A stretch of 64,000 bases of DNA from Hydrolagus affinis (taxonomy: Eukaryota). The position numbers were made by a program, and so were the translations under genes. Below are positions 61,745-64,000 of the stretch, piece after piece. The DNA is taken from the NCBI GenBank assembly GCA_012026655.1, contig JAAILG010000015.1:1-64000 (forward strand). Reading direction: 5' to 3'. The first letter of the stretch is position 1. Every line of letters starts with the position of its first letter. Below the pieces are notes generated by a model. It did no database searches. It was given only the letters and a program-made list of their open reading frames with translations, and was not told where the DNA came from.

Positions 61745-62105
61745 CTGCCTCAGGGCTCTGTCCTTGGTACCCTCCTCTTCACTCTCTATATGCTCCCCCT
61801 CGGTGACATTATCTGCATGTTCGCGGATGACACCCAACTCTATCTCTCTGCTGCCACCCTCAACTCCAGGACTACCCGTGTACTGATAGAAACCTTGTCC
61901 ATGCGTTGTCCATGCATTCGTCACATTAAGGCTCGACTATGGAAACTCCCTCCTCATCGGCCTTCTCGGCTATTCCTTTCACAAGCTGCTGATCATCCAG
62001 AACTCTGCAGTTCATGTCCCCTCTTGCATTAAGCTCCAAGACCACATCACTCCCACCCTCGCCTGGCTCGCAGAGGATTTAATTCAAGATCCTCGTCCTC
62101 ACTTT
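61745..62105 (+). mobile_element. L2 LINE ORF2 relic with RT core, heavily deleted internally
   Basis: [35 protein letters not shown] (PQG and FADD motifs), then DHITPTL and FKILVLT. Confidence 0.9.
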
Positions 62106-63002
62106 TTGATTTTTCAAAGTTTTTCAACATTGTGATGCTTCAAAGTTTTTTTTTCACATGTAAAAGTTTACTTGGAGTGAGCTTCAGCAGAATGAAGCTA
62201 TAATTATGCTGCAGTAAAATTGAATCGATTTGATTTCAACAGCACTTTATAATCTAAATTACTTCCATGAATGTGAATGATACTATACATTAAAATGAAT
62301 TTGATGTGAAAACTACACTATATCAACAAAAGCTTCAGAGTATAAAATGATATCAATAAATCTCAAAGTTTCAATATTGTGCATGTTCTGATGGGCAGAT
62401 TCTTCTGTACACTTTATTTGAGAGTAAAGGGTAATATGAAGACTGCTGTGTTGTACCTGATTTCATTGCTGTCCTTGGGCTCTCGGGCCTCCATATAAAA
62501 GCTGAGCAGAAGCTGAAATCTGAATTGAACCGTTAACTGACCTACTCCATCTTATCTACAAAATATACAGTTATGCACTGTACAAAATATCCTGTGAATC
62601 GCTTTGAGAAGTACTCTTGAAGTGAAAGTGTTAACTCAATTGAAACAATTATTATTACTCTACCCCCTACCAATTTGGATTGGGTACAGATTTAAAGTTG
62701 AACACAATTCTGGCATATTTAGATATTTGTGCAGATGCAAAAATGCTTTACAAATGTACAAGATGAACTCCAGGCTATATGCAGCTGTATGCAACTTTTT
62801 ATATCTTTAATCCTACTGCTTGAACCATGGATTCATCAGTAAAATTAGTTAGCTGGATATGGCCACTGAACGTTTAACAAAGGTCAGTGTCTTAGGAGAA
62901 TGGGAAACTTTGTGTACAAATGCATCTGCAAGGCTGTGAGGTGATGTTTCTGTTATTCTGCCAGATGGACCGGAGAGATGAAATGGAAAGAGAGGAAAAA
63001 TT

Positions 63003-63105
63003 AATAATAATAATCCTTGCACTTGGCAAGATGTCCCAGAGAGCTTCACTGGACATACAGTTCTGTAAAGTGCAATGACTGTGTTTGTTTGTGTGTGGGC
63101 GAATA
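63003..63105 (-). mobile_element. SINE tail fragment
   Basis: (AAT)n ccttgcac..agcttcac..ctgtaaagtgcaatgactgt. Confidence 0.65.
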
Positions 63106-64000
63106 AGACCATAATGGCCATAATACACTCTCAGCACACCCACGCTTATGATTTTTAAAATAAAACCAGTGTCGAGACACTCTTTTAAAATGCTATTGTT
63201 GACTTTCCATCATATTTGATCTCTGGTTTGTGCCTATTTTATGCTGAGTTCATCTCTGCGGTGGTGGTGATGGTGGACGGGGGAGTTGTTTCATATGTAT
63301 CACTAGAAAGAGGAACGAACATGAGCCAGGATTTCTACTCCTGGTCATTATTCTTTTACCCCTGCTTGTAAATGATACATGTGTGGATGGATCTGGGGAG
63401 AGGAATGGATTAAAGTTGTTTGCGAGGACTCTTTGCAACCATCCACACTCCCATCCCATGCCTCCACCCCTTCTCACCCCCTCCAACCTCACACCCCCAT
63501 CAATGAATATCAATCCCATCAACAACCATTCTCTGGGGATTGCCTATGGACGATTGCCATTCAGATACAGAGGCAGATGGCCGGTAAAAGGCTGTGCGTG
63601 GGCCCATAAACCAGCAAAAGTTACTACCATGTGGAGAAGAGAAGAAAAATATTGAAATGTAGAGATTAGCATCTTAAAGGTTAGGGATAGAAAGATCAGC
63701 TGTGCTCTTTCACATTAAATATTTGGTTCAGTGAGTTAGAGGAGGCTTTGATTATTCAACCAGCCGTTTTTAAGATCATTAGACCTGTGTTGCTATGGAG
63801 ATTGGAAATCCGGATCAGAATATTTTAACCCATGGCTTGCGCCCCATTTCCAAATCGAAGGGTTAAATCTTCGACTGGCGCGCTTAGGAAATCAAAATAG
63901 TCTGAACAGCTTGATGCAGATCTCTTCACGGGTTTTAATCAATGAACATACCATCACAGGTGTCAGGCACATAATTTAATACCGCATGAATTGACTCCGC

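Noticed and set aside
1-64000. CRISPR arrays, operons or prokaryotic defence systems
   Set aside because: The sequence is vertebrate. The recurring motifs are dispersed retroposon tails, not regularly spaced repeat-spacer arrays.

Overview
Vertebrate genomic DNA, most likely a cartilaginous fish. The repeat families suggest elephant shark (Callorhinchus milii) or a relative; this is an inference. The only credible protein-coding gene is LRRC4C (NGL-1, netrin-G1 ligand). Its whole 640-aa CDS lies in one exon (40069-41991, +), behind a splice acceptor at 40017-40018. The ~39 kb upstream is probably 5'UTR intron, with a CpG-retaining promoter/first-exon-like region at the left edge. The rest is AT-rich non-coding DNA containing two tRNA-headed Deu-domain SINE families, L2 and CR1 3' fragments, a badly decayed L1-type ORF2, small Tc1/mariner-type DNA transposon relics and a U6 pseudogene. 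The observations most worth follow-up are: (1) a 110-bp-arm inverted repeat with a minimal hammerhead ribozyme motif in each arm (Penelope-like), (2) an overlapping uORF in good Kozak context 4 nt before the LRRC4C start, (3) a U6 pseudogene joined to L2-type 3' sequence, and (4) recurrent tail-to-tail retroposon insertions. I cannot support a claim of a wholly new multi-gene system here.
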